Origin: Selaginella moellendorffii
Taxonomy: Eukaryota; Plantae; Lycopodiophyta
DNA: 64,000 bases
Direction: 5' to 3'
Assembly (NCBI RefSeq): GCF_000143415.4
Contig: NW_003314286.1
Span: 903,643 to 967,642, forward strand
Under the pieces are notes generated by a model. That model saw only the letters and a list, made by a program, of their open reading frames with translations, was not told where the DNA came from and searched no databases. A program made the translations under genes and the position numbers. Shown here piece by piece: positions 38,750 through 53,860 of the stretch. Each line of letters starts with the position of its first letter. Position 1 is the stretch's first letter.

Positions 38750-39075
38750 GCCCAGCTCCCAAGGTGCAAAAAAAGGATGGAACCAAACAGGCTCGTCAAA
38801 AACTGAGCCTGCAAAAACTGGACGGTGCCCTGAAAAAATCCACCAGCAGCTCCCCCAAGCTAGATAACATATCCATCTTCGTCGCTCGCGAGTGTGTGGA
38901 AAAACGGCCTCTCCGCATAGGCCCTCCAAACTTTGATGAAGAGAAAAAAAGGAAACCTGCGCTGCGTAGTGATTCACCCAACCTGTGCCTGTTTGCCTGC
39001 CCGTCCTCGTCGCTAATGCAATGCAAAATACCTTTGCACGAAAAAAAGAAACTGTAGCCAGGCGCAAAACCTGCT
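38750..39075 (-). promoter_or_regulatory. EBF 3'UTR poly-U stem-loop elements (EPU-like)
   Basis: mRNA-sense hairpin CAGGCUC-AGUUUUUGAC-GAGCCUG (38788-38811), GGUG-GAUUUUUUCAGGG-CACC, and further U5-7 tracts downstream of the EBF stop. Confidence 0.6.
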
Positions 39076-39198
39076 GCTCGCTGCACTGCCACTGCTGCTG
39101 CCGCTGTTCCACCACCTGGTATATGTCTAGTACCTGCCTTGTTATTGCTTCCTGCCAGTAAGTAGCCTTCTCCCCAGTCCATCGTCCAGTCCATGAGA

Positions 39199-41091
39199 TC
39201 AGTAGCAAAGGTGGCACCTCCACAGGCCCGCCTCAAACCACTCGAGCTTGGCCCGGCTAAGCCCCTTGCAGTCCTTGACGTTGAGCGCCTCCAGAGTATT
39301 GCAAGCCGTCTTCATAGCCAGCAGGCTCCGGTCCGTCACGCGCCCGCACCCGGCCAGAGACAGCGTCTTCAGAGACGAGCCTTTGGCGAGTACTAGAGCC
39401 ACCATGCCGTCATCCGTCACGTCGCAGCCGGCGAGGCTGAGCTCCTGCACTGCCTGCGGCCCCTGAGCAACGTATCGAATCCCCTGGTCCGTGACGCTCG
39501 CACACCCGTCCAGCGTGAGCAACCCGAGAGAGGGGCAAAAACTCGCTACCGCAGCGAGTGCCCGGTTCGTCAGCCTCGTACAACCGGACAGGTTGAGAGA
39601 AGTTAAGCCGGACCCGCTCGCTGACAGGAAAGGGACCAGGGACTCGTCCGAGAGAGCCGAAAGGCCGCTGACGTTGAGCTCCAGGAGACAGGAGCTTCCA
39701 GATCCAGAGAGGCTAGCCAAAAGCCCGGCTCCCACTCCAGTGCAGTTGACGATGCCCAGAACTTTAAGAGACCGGGACCCGCTCGATAACAGTGTCGTCG
39801 TCATCGTCGCAGCCGATGCCGTAAAGGCGCACTTCTCTAGGTGGAGGCCCTCCAGGAAAGTGCAGTCCTTCACGAAAGTGAGAAGCTTGCTCTCGTCCAG
39901 CGACGTGCAGTTGGCAAGAGACAAAAACTTGATCTCCTTGCTCGTTTTCCCAACGGAGTCTAGGAGACTGTCAGTGAGGCCGGGGCATGCCGAGATCTGG
40001 AGATGCTTGAGCTGCCCCATGCCGGAACTCTTGCCAAACAAAAAGAAGCCTTCCGAGCTTATCTTCTCGAGCTGCAACAGCTTGAGCTTCTGGAGTGAGC
40101 CGCCGTGTTCCCCAACCGCAACGAGACCTTCGTCGTTGATACTGAGCTTCTCGAGCTTCATGGCCTTCAACACCTTGCAGCTCGAAACAACCGCAGTGAC
40201 GCCAACGTCCCCGACTTTGTTGCACCTGGAGACCGAGAGGCACGAAAGCTGAGAGCAGCGCTTCCCCACGGCCTGCAGTCCTTCGTCGCCAACTTTGTCG
40301 CAGCCATCCAGGGTCAAACTTGAGAGGAGAGGACAACCGGCCGCAATTGCCCGAAGAGCAGCATCTCCAAAGCCAGGACAGTTCATGATGTTGAGAACTT
40401 TGAGCTGCGGGCATCCCTTGCCAATCCAGCTGAATCCCACGTCGTCGATGTTTGGGCAGTCCCACACGGAAAGAACCTTGAGGTTCCCGCAGCAGATGCC
40501 AACAGAGGACATGCCAACGTTGCTCACGGCCTTGGACAGCTTCTGCCGAGGACCACCCTTGATGATAAGTTTCCCAAGGCCACCTCTAGACTGGGTTCCG
40601 AGAGCGACCACAGCCAGTCTAACATCTGTAGCTCGCTTTCCTTCCAGGCTCCTCTTTAGCTCGTCGCCACTGCCAAGAGAAAGCTCTTGCTCGTCGTCCT
40701 TGATCTCGCTCGAGTGTAAGTGGCTCTGGAGCATCAGCCAGCGTGTGCACACGGAAGCACACGCGTAGCGATCGGCTGGAGCGGCCACGTACCGAAAGAC
40801 TTCGACAAGGAGCTCGTCCGGAAGCGCATTAATGAGATCCTTGGGCTGGTACTTCTTTGCTGCCGGGACCGCTGTTGGTGGTGGAGTTGGAAGGAACCTC
40901 TTGGGAGCATTGTAAATTTCAGTGTTGCCAATCTCGCTCAGTTTCCTCCTCCGCCCGGTCTGGAGGCTCTGAAGGCCCCGGATCAGCTGCGAGCAAAGCT
41001 CCTCCTTGCTCAAGAACGCATACGAGTTCTCGTGAAGGAAAGACTTCTGGAACAAATGGTTGAAACGAACATCTTCCAGCTCCATGGACAT
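39199..41091 (-). CDS. EBF: EIN3-binding F-box/LRR protein (EBF1/2-like)
   Basis: F-box INALPDELLVEVFRY..ACASVCTRWLML; EBF signature RSLEGKRATDVRLAVVALGTQSRGGLGKL; cysteine-containing LRRs; C-terminal WRCHLCY. Confidence 0.92.
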   Translation of the reverse strand: MSMELEDVRFNHLFQKSFLHENSYAFLSKEELCSQLIRGLQSLQTGRRRKLSEIGNTEIYNAPKRFLPTPPPTAVPAAKKYQPKDLINALPDELLVEVFRYVAAPADRYACASVCTRWLMLQSHLHSSEIKDDEQELSLGSGDELKRSLEGKRATDVRLAVVALGTQSRGGLGKLIIKGGPRQKLSKAVSNVGMSSVGICCGNLKVLSVWDCPNIDDVGFSWIGKGCPQLKVLNIMNCPGFGDAALRAIAAGCPLLSSLTLDGCDKVGDEGLQAVGKRCSQLSCLSVSRCNKVGDVGVTAVVSSCKVLKAMKLEKLSINDEGLVAVGEHGGSLQKLKLLQLEKISSEGFFLFGKSSGMGQLKHLQISACPGLTDSLLDSVGKTSKEIKFLSLANCTSLDESKLLTFVKDCTFLEGLHLEKCAFTASAATMTTTLLSSGSRSLKVLGIVNCTGVGAGLLASLSGSGSSCLLELNVSGLSALSDESLVPFLSASGSGLTSLNLSGCTRLTNRALAAVASFCPSLGLLTLDGCASVTDQGIRYVAQGPQAVQELSLAGCDVTDDGMVALVLAKGSSLKTLSLAGCGRVTDRSLLAMKTACNTLEALNVKDCKGLSRAKLEWFEAGLWRCHLCY

Positions 41092-42449
41092 GGCTTCGCG
41101 ACTCAAGAATCAACAGGCCTTTGGAAATGTCCTGCGTGCAGCATGCTCACAGAATGAGCGCGAGAAAAAAAAAAAAAAAAAAACCTCAAGCACTTACACA
41201 ATAGAACTCCCAGACCCATATGAAGCGAAGAAATGCGCCAATCTCACAGCCTCGCCTAGCAATTTCACTGCACCAACACGCGCGTAAAGCCAAAGAACAC
41301 TAAGATCCAGCCGCAAAACCCTAAGATCGAAGCAAATCCCCTCTAGAGGCCGCAACAATCATCCACATACCTTCTCGCTCGCGCCGTGCCGTGCCGCGCC
41401 GCGCCGCGCCGCGCCCGCGCCGCTCTGAGATCGAGAAGCTCTCACCACCCCCTCTCTCTCGCTCGCTCTCCTCGCTCGCTCCAATCAATCGCCGCCTCGC
41501 TTCCTCTCGCTCACAATAAAAACCCTCGCCCCCCTCACCCAGTCCCTCCCCCCTCTCCTCTCGCGCACAGCAAAGATTCACCCCCCCTTGCCCTCCCTTA
41601 CACCTGGCGGATATTCGCCCGCCCTGGGCATATTCCGCTCCGTCGGGATCGAGACGGCGAGATCGACGGCCCTGGTTGGACTCGCGTTATCTACGACATC
41701 CCTTAGTTAATGGTTCAATGAATCCAGATAATATTTTCATCAACAAGGGGGGCGCACATCCCTTTCAATCCGGATCTCTTTCTCTTTCCCTTTCGCGTAT
41801 AAATTTTACTCTTTCTTTTTTTGCATCTTTCGCTTCTTTGTTAGCTGGACGCATCATGCGAGCCTTTGAATCCAGCGCTGCAGTGGTTCTCATGTTTTGG
41901 CAAATACAATGCACAAGCACTCACCAGTCTGCGTTTCTGGTCTTCCATCACAGTTTTCGTCGCATAGGTAAGTTTACGGCGGCTCCACTCCACGCGCTTT
42001 TCCACCAACAAATCTCTCTACTTTGTTCATTCTTGCTTTCGTTTTGTTTTTTATTTTCTTTCCAGTCACTGCTGCGGCCTGCAGTGCTGCAAGTGTTTTG
42101 CTTAGATTTGAGCAAGTAAAGAAACGAACTTACAGATCATCGCAGGCCACAGAGTTCCAGGAAGTACGTCACGAAGGAGACAACTCCCAGCTGACAAGTT
42201 AATCTCGCCCACGAACTTGGCTGCTGGTGGAGCTCCAAGAGATCGAGAGCGTTGCGAGAAGTTAAGGCCTGCAAGTAAACAAAAACCATCTCCAGAGTTA
42301 CTAGATGTGGTTAGCATAAGAGAAAAGCAGCAGCCATTTGTTTTTTCTCGATTCCCTTATTTTACGCGGCTCAAATGCGAAAAACCCATTGGTTTCACTC
42401 AGTGGTAACCCCCACAGATCCTTCCCAAACATATAAAACACCAGCCCCA

Positions 42450-44912
<2,463 letters not shown>

Positions 44913-45296
44913 GGAATCGTGCTGCGATTCTAGAAATCGAGAGGTCGCGCATCAGAAATGCCGGGCCACGCAAGAAAATATTTTTACTCACCGCTCAACA
45001 GCCCAAATGAGAAAGAGGAGCAAATCAAAGCAGCCCTCTTCTTTCTTTGTATAGCAAAAACTTTTTATAACCAGCCTAAAATTTAACGGGTTAGCGCCTT
45101 TAACCGGAATACTTAATGCAGCATCCAGCTTTGCGTGGATGCAAAGCCCAAACAGCGCCACGTGTAGCGAGCAAGGCTGTGCCACTTGGAGTGATAATAG
45201 CCCAATACAAATGTACACAGTTATTTACAAGGGAAGCTCCCAGGGCATATCCCTCCAGTAGGATATCCATTCTCTAGTTTTTGCGTCTCTGGAGTT

Positions 45297-47733
45297 CTAA
45301 GCGATGGTGAAAGCTCGGATCACTTCCACGATTGGAGCTCGGCACATCGGGCATTTGGAGCCACCATTCTTTAGTTGATTCGCACACCTCAAGCACGTAC
45401 ACATATGTCCACATCTGTGAGAGCCAGCCAATCTGTGAGAAGGAAAAAAGAGCCAACAAAAAAAAAGAGCTCGAAACTTTACTAACCTGTAAAGAAGTGA
45501 ATCGATCGACTTATCACAGCAAATGCAGCAAGTTCCTTTCTTAACCGGTATCCATTGCGATCCATCGCTACTTCGCTCTGGTAGTCCTGAAAAGAGAGTG
45601 TTTTTCTACGTTGTGCTTCAGCTAGTCGAGCGTACCTTTACCAGCAGAGTACATGCGCTGGAGAGCACCAGCAACCTCCTGGCGGATCGAGCGTTGCAAC
45701 TCCATTTGCATATCCACAATTGTCTCCACCATTCGCTGCAAGTCACCGAGGCCTTGCTGCAGATAGGAGATATCAGCTCGCAACTGGCTTGCGTTGTCCC
45801 AAACCTGGAATGGGAATGAAGCTTGGTTGGAAACAAAGGGAGGAAAGAGAAGTAACGATAAGTTACCATGTATGACGAAGATGGACGAGGCCACTGGCCA
45901 TGAACGAATTCCCGCTGCCAAAGCCTTTGTATTGGCAGGGGCGGAGGTGGTGGAGGGATCGTAGGACGCTGTTCGGGTCGCTCTGTTTGTGCCTCCGGTG
46001 CGACGTCATTCTGTGGTTGAGCAGCGGCGTTGTTGTTCTCAACCGGCCAGGGAACTTGCCTGTGGATGAAAGATCTGATGAGCTGATCCAGTCGCTCTCG
46101 AAACTCACTCGCCAGCACGTTTGTGACACTTCTCCTGTGAACAGAACAATAAAAGCTGACTGACAACCACTCTAAGCAAATCGAAGAAAGCTCAAACCTT
46201 CCGAGTAGTTCCCGTAGTTCCACGTTATACGCGGTGGCCTCCTCCAACTCATTCATTCTTCGAGCGGCCGTCCATGTCCTGTCGTGTTCATCAGACGTTT
46301 CAGGACTGTCCTCGAGATTTGTAGCTTGAACACGAACGACTGACTCCAATCTTGAACGGAACCCCTCCCTGCTTTGTTCAAGTGTTAAGAAACATGCACT
46401 CACACGTTGAATTGGATCACCTTAGCCCGCTGACGGCTCGCCTCTGCCTGAGCTGGCCCAGTTCTCTTGCAGCTGATGATATATGACGTTCTTCTTCTTC
46501 ATGTCTGCCGCCATTAGCCAGAAATCTGCCTCGCAATAGCGACTGGAGAGGACAAAAAAATGTTCAAAACAAACGCAGAAAATATAGAGATAATTTACTT
46601 ACCTGAAGTCTCCCACGGTGAGGGAACCTCGAAACAACCCGATTCTCCGATAGCCCTTCGAGTTCTTGTTGCCTCTCCCTCTCTGTTCTTATAAGGAGGT
46701 CCAATATCAGTTGTCTATCACGACGACGTTGAGACTCCCAGCTTTCGTTGGTTGTAGTGTCATCCGTGCCTGAGACTTCTCTTGGTGCAGTAGGACGCAG
46801 CCACTCCCTTGCGAGCTGCCTCACTCTTTCTCTCTCGTTCAAATCGAGCAGCTCGTTTTGCTCTCGTCGCGACTGGTTGATCTGGTCGTCGGTGCCAACT
46901 CTCTCGTTCAGCCAACGATTCATAATTTGTCTCACGCTCTGGCGAGACGTGCCACCACCGTCGTCAGCTACCTGGCGTGTCTCGTCATCTCTAGAAGCAT
47001 CAAAGCTTCCAGGTATTTCGTCCACTCTGGAAGCCGGAGTTTGCTCCTCACCATCGTCGGGACGAGGAGTCTCGGCGGTTGTAGTAACAGTAGCAGTAGC
47101 GTCTTCTCTCTCAGCTTCACTGCTCGCCACCCTTCTCGAAACACCCCTTCCGACACTCCTTTCGTCTTCCAATCCCCTCCACATTTCCAACAAAGGCGAT
47201 GGTCGACGCTGGTGATCGAGCCTCTCTCCTGACGAAGGTGGCGGAACCGAGTCTCTCAAAAACGAAGAGTCGAGCATCGACACTGCATGGAGCCCGGCAA
47301 GAGCTAGAAGCTCCGCTTGCCGGGCTTGCCGCTCCATAGTGGTGATGACGTTCTGTGCTTGTCTATCATACCACCGACGAAGAATCTGCGACGGCCTCCC
47401 CGTGAAATCATCGTCCACCCGTCCTTCCTGCGACTCGGCGTTGCTACCACTGTTTCTATTGCCCTCTTCTTCGTCAAACGAGCCACAGCCATCACACTGG
47501 AGCTGGAAATCCAAATCCTCGCGGTTTGAGTTGCTGGTGCTGCTCGACGCAAGCGCCATACAGTTATCGAAATGGTCACGCACCAATTCTTCCAATCCCC
47601 GCCGGAATTCCGCGTCCACGGATTGTTTGTCGGGAGCTTCTCCTCCTTCCTTTTGTTGCAACTGGATCATGGTTGCGATTTTCTCGTCCAAAGTCCTGTC
47701 TCCTCCCTCTTCAATCCCAGCAAGTCCCGGCAT
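45297..47733 (-). CDS. C3HC4 RING E3 ligase (plant neuralized-like family), multi-exon
   Basis: [30 protein letters not shown]; [14 protein letters not shown]; C-terminal [41 protein letters not shown]. Confidence 0.88.
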
Positions 47734-48553
47734 TTTCCCTCTTCTCACTGTGAATCAAACGAAGAGAAATCTTATCCCCTATCGGCGATAACCTAGCTAG
47801 CCAAAGCACTCACCTGAAATGCGAGGATCGATGACGAAGAGCGCGCTGAGCTAAAACCACTTGCGAAAGCTCCCACTGATCGCCATCAAGGGCGCGAATT
47901 GCTGGCGATTTCGCGAGTTCCAGCGCAGCGGCACAATTCGTGACGCATCCATCGCCGGGGTCCCCTGCCAGTGGCGCCGCAGCTCCGAATCATCGGCAGC
48001 AGCTCCATGGCCATCGATCGCTCGGCCGCGCCCTCTCTTCCCCGCATCCCACAAACACTCGCAAACCAATAAAAATAAAACCCAAATAAGTCTCGGGGTC
48101 GAGTCCAAAGGGCCACAAAAGCATCTTTGTGAATATTCACCGTCTTTGAATTTGCAAAACTGCCGGGAAAACGCGAAACGCATGAGAAGGGTATTTATTT
48201 TTCGTTCTTTACTTTCTTGAAATTTTGAAATGCTACATAGCTTTTTGTGTAGTAGTAGTAGAAAAATCTTCCAATCCTACGCATAGTTTTCCCTCTTGCC
48301 AATCCCAAAATGAAGACTGCTGCTATCTACATGAACGCTGTGATTGTGAAGAACCAAAAAGCGATGATCTCTCCCAAAAACCGTGAGAGGAAGAAAGGGC
48401 AACGATCGCTCCAAGAGAGAGAGCGATGATCTCTCCCAAACGAGAGTGAGAGAGCGAGACAACGGACGAAAAGAACCAGAACCAAAAAGAGAGGAGAAAT
48501 TTCGAGAGGAATGAGCGAGATTGAGCGAGCGAGAGAGAGAAAGAGAAGGAGCT

Positions 48554-49237
48554 CTAGCTCTGATTTGGGCAATCGCGAGCGAAATGTCCCTGCTTCCCGC
48601 AAGAGTAGCACCCGGCTCTCGCGACGCTGCAATCCCTCGCCAGATGCCCCGGCTCGTTGCAATTGAAGCACCTGCCACCGCCATAGCCGAATCCTCCACC
48701 GATGCCGCCGCCGCGCGATACCATGCCCATCCCACGCCCGCGGCCTCTTGCGCCGCCCCTGCCGCCACCATTGTTATTGTAGCCGCCGGCGCTGTTGCTC
48801 ATCGATCCATTGCCGCCGCCGGAGCCATCGTCTTCCCTTGCCGCCCCCTCCACGAACGCGCCTTTGGGACCAGTGACATTCCCAGCGCGCATCCGGCCGT
48901 CCTGGCCGAGCTCCACCACGTACTCGACGATCTCGCCCTCGCGCAGCGATCGGAATCCCTCGGCGTGGATGCTCGTCTGGTGGACGAAAATATCTGGCGA
49001 GCCGTCATCCGGGGTGATGAATCCAAACCCTCGCGTTGGACTGAACCATTTCACCTTGCCGAACATCAGATCCTCCACATTATCGGCCCCGGCCTCCGGA
49101 TTATCCATCGCGGCCGCCTTGGCAGGCACGGGATTGCTGTTCTTGGATGGTTGCTGCTGCTGCTGCTGCTTTACGGGCGACGCCTTCGATCCGGCAGCGG
49201 CCGCCGATCCAGACGCCTTCTTGCCACCGTCCGCCAT
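48554..49237 (-). CDS. Cold-shock domain protein with a Gly-rich region and two CCHC zinc knuckles
   Basis: [29 protein letters not shown]; [14 protein letters not shown]; [14 protein letters not shown]. Confidence 0.93.
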   Translation of the reverse strand: MADGGKKASGSAAAAGSKASPVKQQQQQQPSKNSNPVPAKAAAMDNPEAGADNVEDLMFGKVKWFSPTRGFGFITPDDGSPDIFVHQTSIHAEGFRSLREGEIVEYVVELGQDGRMRAGNVTGPKGAFVEGAAREDDGSGGGNGSMSNSAGGYNNNGGGRGGARGRGRGMGMVSRGGGIGGGFGYGGGRCFNCNEPGHLARDCSVARAGCYSCGKQGHFARDCPNQS

Positions 49238-49468
49238 GGATCGCTCAACAACTTCGGCCGATCGATCGAAGCACGAGCTCTATCAAACCCTAATAAGCAC
49301 CTCTAACGCTTATTCTGGCGATACCGGGCCACTAAAACTAGAGCCCACCGACGGCCACGATGGAGGCCCCTCCCTGGCCAGCGGACGGCCGGATGACGCC
49401 TCTGCGTTGTGGCGCTAATTTAAGGCAATGCATGGCTTCCTCTAAATAAATACCCACCCCAATCACTC

Positions 49469-52400
49469 TTAAACCTCGTCCTTCCAGTCTAGCCATTTGT
49501 GGAGCACTCTTTGGAGCTCCTGTTTCGTACAGGGCTTCCGTACGTAGTCGTCCATGCCACACTCCAGACACTTTTCTAGCTCGCTTTCCATGGTGGCTGC
49601 CGTCAATGCGACGATTGGAGTGAGCTTCTGCTTCGATCGGATCAAGCGAGACGCTTGGAAGCCATCGAGAACCTGGAAAGTTTCACCAAGATACAGTCTG
49701 AGTTTCTAAGCAACAAGATCTTCCATACCGGCATATGGCAGTCCATGAAGATGAGATCATACTCAACTGGCTTGTCCACGATCGACACTGCCTCCTGGCC
49801 ATTGCAAGCGACGTCGACGGTGCAGCCGAGATTGTTGAGCAGCCGGATCGCCACCATTTGGTTCACCTTGTTGTCTTCCTAAAAGTTTCGCGAGAAATGT
49901 AGAAAGTAAACGATCATTGTCTGTGGAATTGAGCGAAAAAAACTTACGACAACAAGGACTTTGGGGTGTCTTCTGGTTTGAGCCTTGTCCCCGGCCTTGG
50001 ATCTGTTACTGCTCGCCAACGCAGGCCCTGGAGTAGAAGATTTTGCTTGTGAGAATATCAAGAGAACAAGGAAGTTACGTGAGGCTTCTTCGAAGCTTTT
50101 AAAGCCGAGAAGATTAAAGGTCTTGAGGAGTGCATCTTTGAGCGTCGACTGTCGCAGCGGCCTGCTGAGGGTACAGCTGAATCCATACGCCTCTTGAGCA
50201 TTTACCCGGTGTCCTACGGGCTTGAGAAGTATAAACTTCGTGCCTGGAAACTCCTCCGCGATTCTTTTGATCTGGAGTTTCTTTTGAAACGTCTCGACGA
50301 GGACGTTATCAACCACAGCAACTGGAAAAATTCAGAAAATTCAGAAACAAAGAAACACCTTCAAGAAGCTTTGGTAGTACCATGGAATCGATTCGCAAGC
50401 AGTTTGAGCGCACTGGCAACATCTCCGGAACACTGGCATTCAATCCCCCAGCTCTCAATCTGCTCACACATGACTTGCCTGGTGATCTTGTGATTGTCGA
50501 TGACCAGAATTCTAGGCCGTGCTTGGAATCTGCTACTATAAAGAAGTGGAACTTGATGCCGGTTCTTCTCAGAGACAACATCAATCTCCAAAGGTATACT
50601 AAAAGAGAAAGTCGATCCAACACCTTCACGACTTTCCACAACAATCTCACCACCCATGAGCTCGACCTGTGTACGGTTGAACCGGGATTGAATACGGACA
50701 ACATTGAGAAACTTTGCATACCAGGCTCTTTGACACGGCCAAGCCCAAGCCCGTCCCACCATACATGTTGCTCGTCAGCTGATCACACTGAGAAAACTTC
50801 TCAAACAACAGCCCCAGCTTGTCCTCCGCGATTCTGGAAATTGTTTCTGTCAGCTTTTAAATGATACGGTCCAAAGACCTCACCCGATGCCAGAATCAGA
50901 TATTGAAAACTTGAAGTATTCCACCGGCTTGACATGTTTTGCATCGCTGTCAAGTTCACGTCCCTGCTACTACACACGATCTCAAGCTTTTTACTTCGAA
51001 AAGAAACGTTACTGAGAAAGAAATCCACCTTAAAGGAGTTAACATCCTTGCTGCAACTCCGACATTCCCAGAAATCCGTGGCCTTGAGTTGCTTCTGGCA
51101 ACTCTTACACAGCAAACTCACATTAACGAGAATGTGTCCCGCGTGCGTGAACTTACAAGAATTTCCGATGAGGTTTATAAGAACCTGTAGAAGAAACAAA
51201 AATAAGTACAAAATATAAAGAAAGAAAAACTCTACCTGACGCAATCGTATTGTGTCCACTGAGACGGCAAAGAAAGGAGAGTCATAATGGACTACGAGCT
51301 CCACCCCCTTGGGTTCCACACGAAGTGCCAACATGCTTCCAACATCTTCTACAAGACTGCGAAGGTTGCACGGGACTGGCGCAATTGTCAGCTTCCCAGC
51401 ATCGATTTTCGAGAAGTCCAGAATGTCGTTTATTATCGAAAGTAAGCACTCCCCGGAAGTTCTAATGGTTTCCAGGCATTCTTCCTGATCCGGAGTTGGA
51501 TCAGTGTCCAGTAGAACAGAGGCCATCCCTATCACACCATTGAGCGGCGTACGGATTTCGTGGCTCATCACCTGAAAGAAAAGAAAAGAAACACTTTCAA
51601 ACACTCGCATGAAAATATGAACTTACAGCTAGAAACTCTGATCTGGCTTTGGCAGCAGATTCCGCCTTGTCTCGAGCTTCGGCCAGATTTGCTATTAGCC
51701 TCTCCTGCTCCTCTTCCCATCGGATTCTTTCCGTGATGTCACTTAATGAGCCAGCCATTCGAAGTGGATTTCCTTGTTCATCCCAAAGCGCTTGACCTCT
51801 CAACCGAAACCAGCAGTACTTGTCTTGGCTCGTTCTAATCGGTGTCTCGATGTGAAAAGGGGACCCAACTGTTTTGTGAGCGGCTAAATAGTCTTTGAGC
51901 GCGGTCTGGACACAATCTACAAAGAAAAACAATGAAACATCGGGAAGAAGAAAACAAAAAAACCAACCTCGATAGCTTGAATGAAGCCTGTTTATAAGCA
52001 CATCAAGCGTGTCTGCACAACTCTGCTCGATACCAAGCATGTTCTTGCAACGCGCTGAGTAGAACACCTTGTTGGTTCTGATGTCCCAATCCCACAAGCC
52101 ATCGTTAGAACCACGAACAGCAAGAGCAAAGCGCTCCTCACTCAATCTTAACGATTCTTCAGCCTCCTTTCGCCATGTAATATCTTCGATGATTCCTACA
52201 TGGCTACACCCGATGAAACTCGAGTTAAGTAAACGTATCAATCCATCAGAAAAACAAGGAAGACAATCAGAATTTCTACACACCTTTCGTTCTCAAAACA
52301 ACCTGGCATGTCCACTGATTGGCAATTCACCCATCTCCAGCTGCCATTTTTGTGTATCAGCCTGAACTCGACATTCAATCCTCCCTCCCGCAGTGTGATT

Positions 52401-52642
52401 GCTTGATCCCAAACTTCCTGAATTTCCATTTTCAAAACGAAGGACGGAAAAGGAAAAAAACGAGAGAAAACCCACACCTGAAGATCTTCTGGATGAACGT
52501 GTTCGACCCATCTCAGACCAAGCAACTCCTCTTGGGAGCATCCTGTCATGTTTTGGTAGGCAGCGTTTGTGAAAGTGTTGTGTGCATCTGTGCTGCAGAT
52601 AAAAACCCCTCTGGGAACATTAGTCTTTGGCCCTCTGGCCAT
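49469..52642 (-). CDS. Soluble hybrid histidine kinase: PAS/PAC-PAS/PAC-HisKA-HATPase-REC(degenerate)-REC; start uncertain
   Basis: [23 protein letters not shown]; [32 protein letters not shown]; H-box [14 protein letters not shown]; N-box [10 protein letters not shown]; GGTGLGLAV; receiver [25 protein letters not shown]. Confidence 0.9.
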
Positions 52643-53477
52643 GAAGTTCACCACTGGCCCTTCTCTGGTCACTACAACGCCACTATTTTATGCTGCAACC
52701 CGCGTGACTCTGCAAGATAAGAAATTATGAACTGGCTTGCAGCTGCCAAAAAATTGACTAAGGGATGAAGTCCAAGCACAACACTCACTGGAAAGGCGAA
52801 AGAAACAACACAACACACTGTGTATGAGCACCGCAGACGTAAAGCTAAAAGAGTCAGAAACTACCAGCCTAGCTCTCATGCACACATACACGATTCAACT
52901 CAAGGCTCTGTCCTTTGCCAAAGAAAATATAAAAAACACAGGAAGCACAGGAAACATCGAAACGAGAGGCGGAACAACTTGCCGAAAAGCTTCCCATCCA
53001 TGCAACAAGGCCACTGTCGTGATCTAGAGCGAGCTCACGTGAGTGACTGTGTAAAGCCCCATTCCCGCTATTTAGGCACAGTTTCTCCAGCTGAACAAAG
53101 GCAACAGTTTAGAGAAAAGCATCCAAAGTTCATCCACGGAGAAATTGCTCACCTACATTTTCTTCACCGCATTTTTTTTCCCATGTTTTTCTTTCAGCTC
53201 TCGGCGCAGAAACTGCGTGTTCCAGCGACAAGTGGATGCGTCGTTCTCTGTATCAACCCGTGTTGACTTGAACAGCCGAAGTACTAGCACCTGAAAACGA
53301 TGGAGCAAGAAAAAAAAAATCTCTCAGTGGCTCCATAAACACCACACATTAAGTATCACGTACCCAAACTAGAGGAAAAAAGCCCCTTCCTTGCGCTTGC
53401 GCCGGTGCCGATAGGATGATCCATCATCCGGCTTTCCGTGGGCCCGAAAGACAATGCTTGGACAAGAAATAGAGATA

Positions 53478-53560
53478 AAGCCTCAAACCACTCGCGATCA
53501 TATGATCCCTACGAAGAAAGCCTCAAACCTCTCGCAATCGTATGATCCCTACGAAGAAGA
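53478..53560. repeat. Two-copy ~40-bp tandem duplication in the HK/rhomboid intergenic region
   Basis: AAGCCTCAAACC..TCGC..ATC.TATGATCCCTACGAAGA occurs twice. Confidence 0.8.
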
Positions 53561-53860
53561 AAATCGTACCTCTCTCCGAAAATTCCTCTCCTTCGTTGCG
53601 CGTCCATGCCATGGCCTACCAGATCCATTCTAGGGCTTATGCCCACTCCCGCCCAAATCAACCGGTCGAGCGCTCGAATCCCAGCACAAACTTGTGCACA
53701 ACCATTCTCGTGTTCGACTCCTGGGAACTCGAAATTCCACTTCAGATTTTAGGGTTCCAGCGAAACCCTTGGCGCTTCCTTCCCCGCGCGGAGGTGAGGG
53801 GGATTATCAATCCAATCCAGCAATGCGGCGCCGGCAGCTATAGCATTCGAGATCTCTAGG

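Noticed and set aside
38582-39236. 213-aa and 146-aa ORFs downstream of EBF
   Set aside because: No recognisable domain; better explained as EBF 3'UTR.
49469-52642. Bacterial contamination or recent HGT of the histidine kinase
   Set aside because: It has many spliceosomal introns of host-typical size and is flanked by ordinary plant genes.
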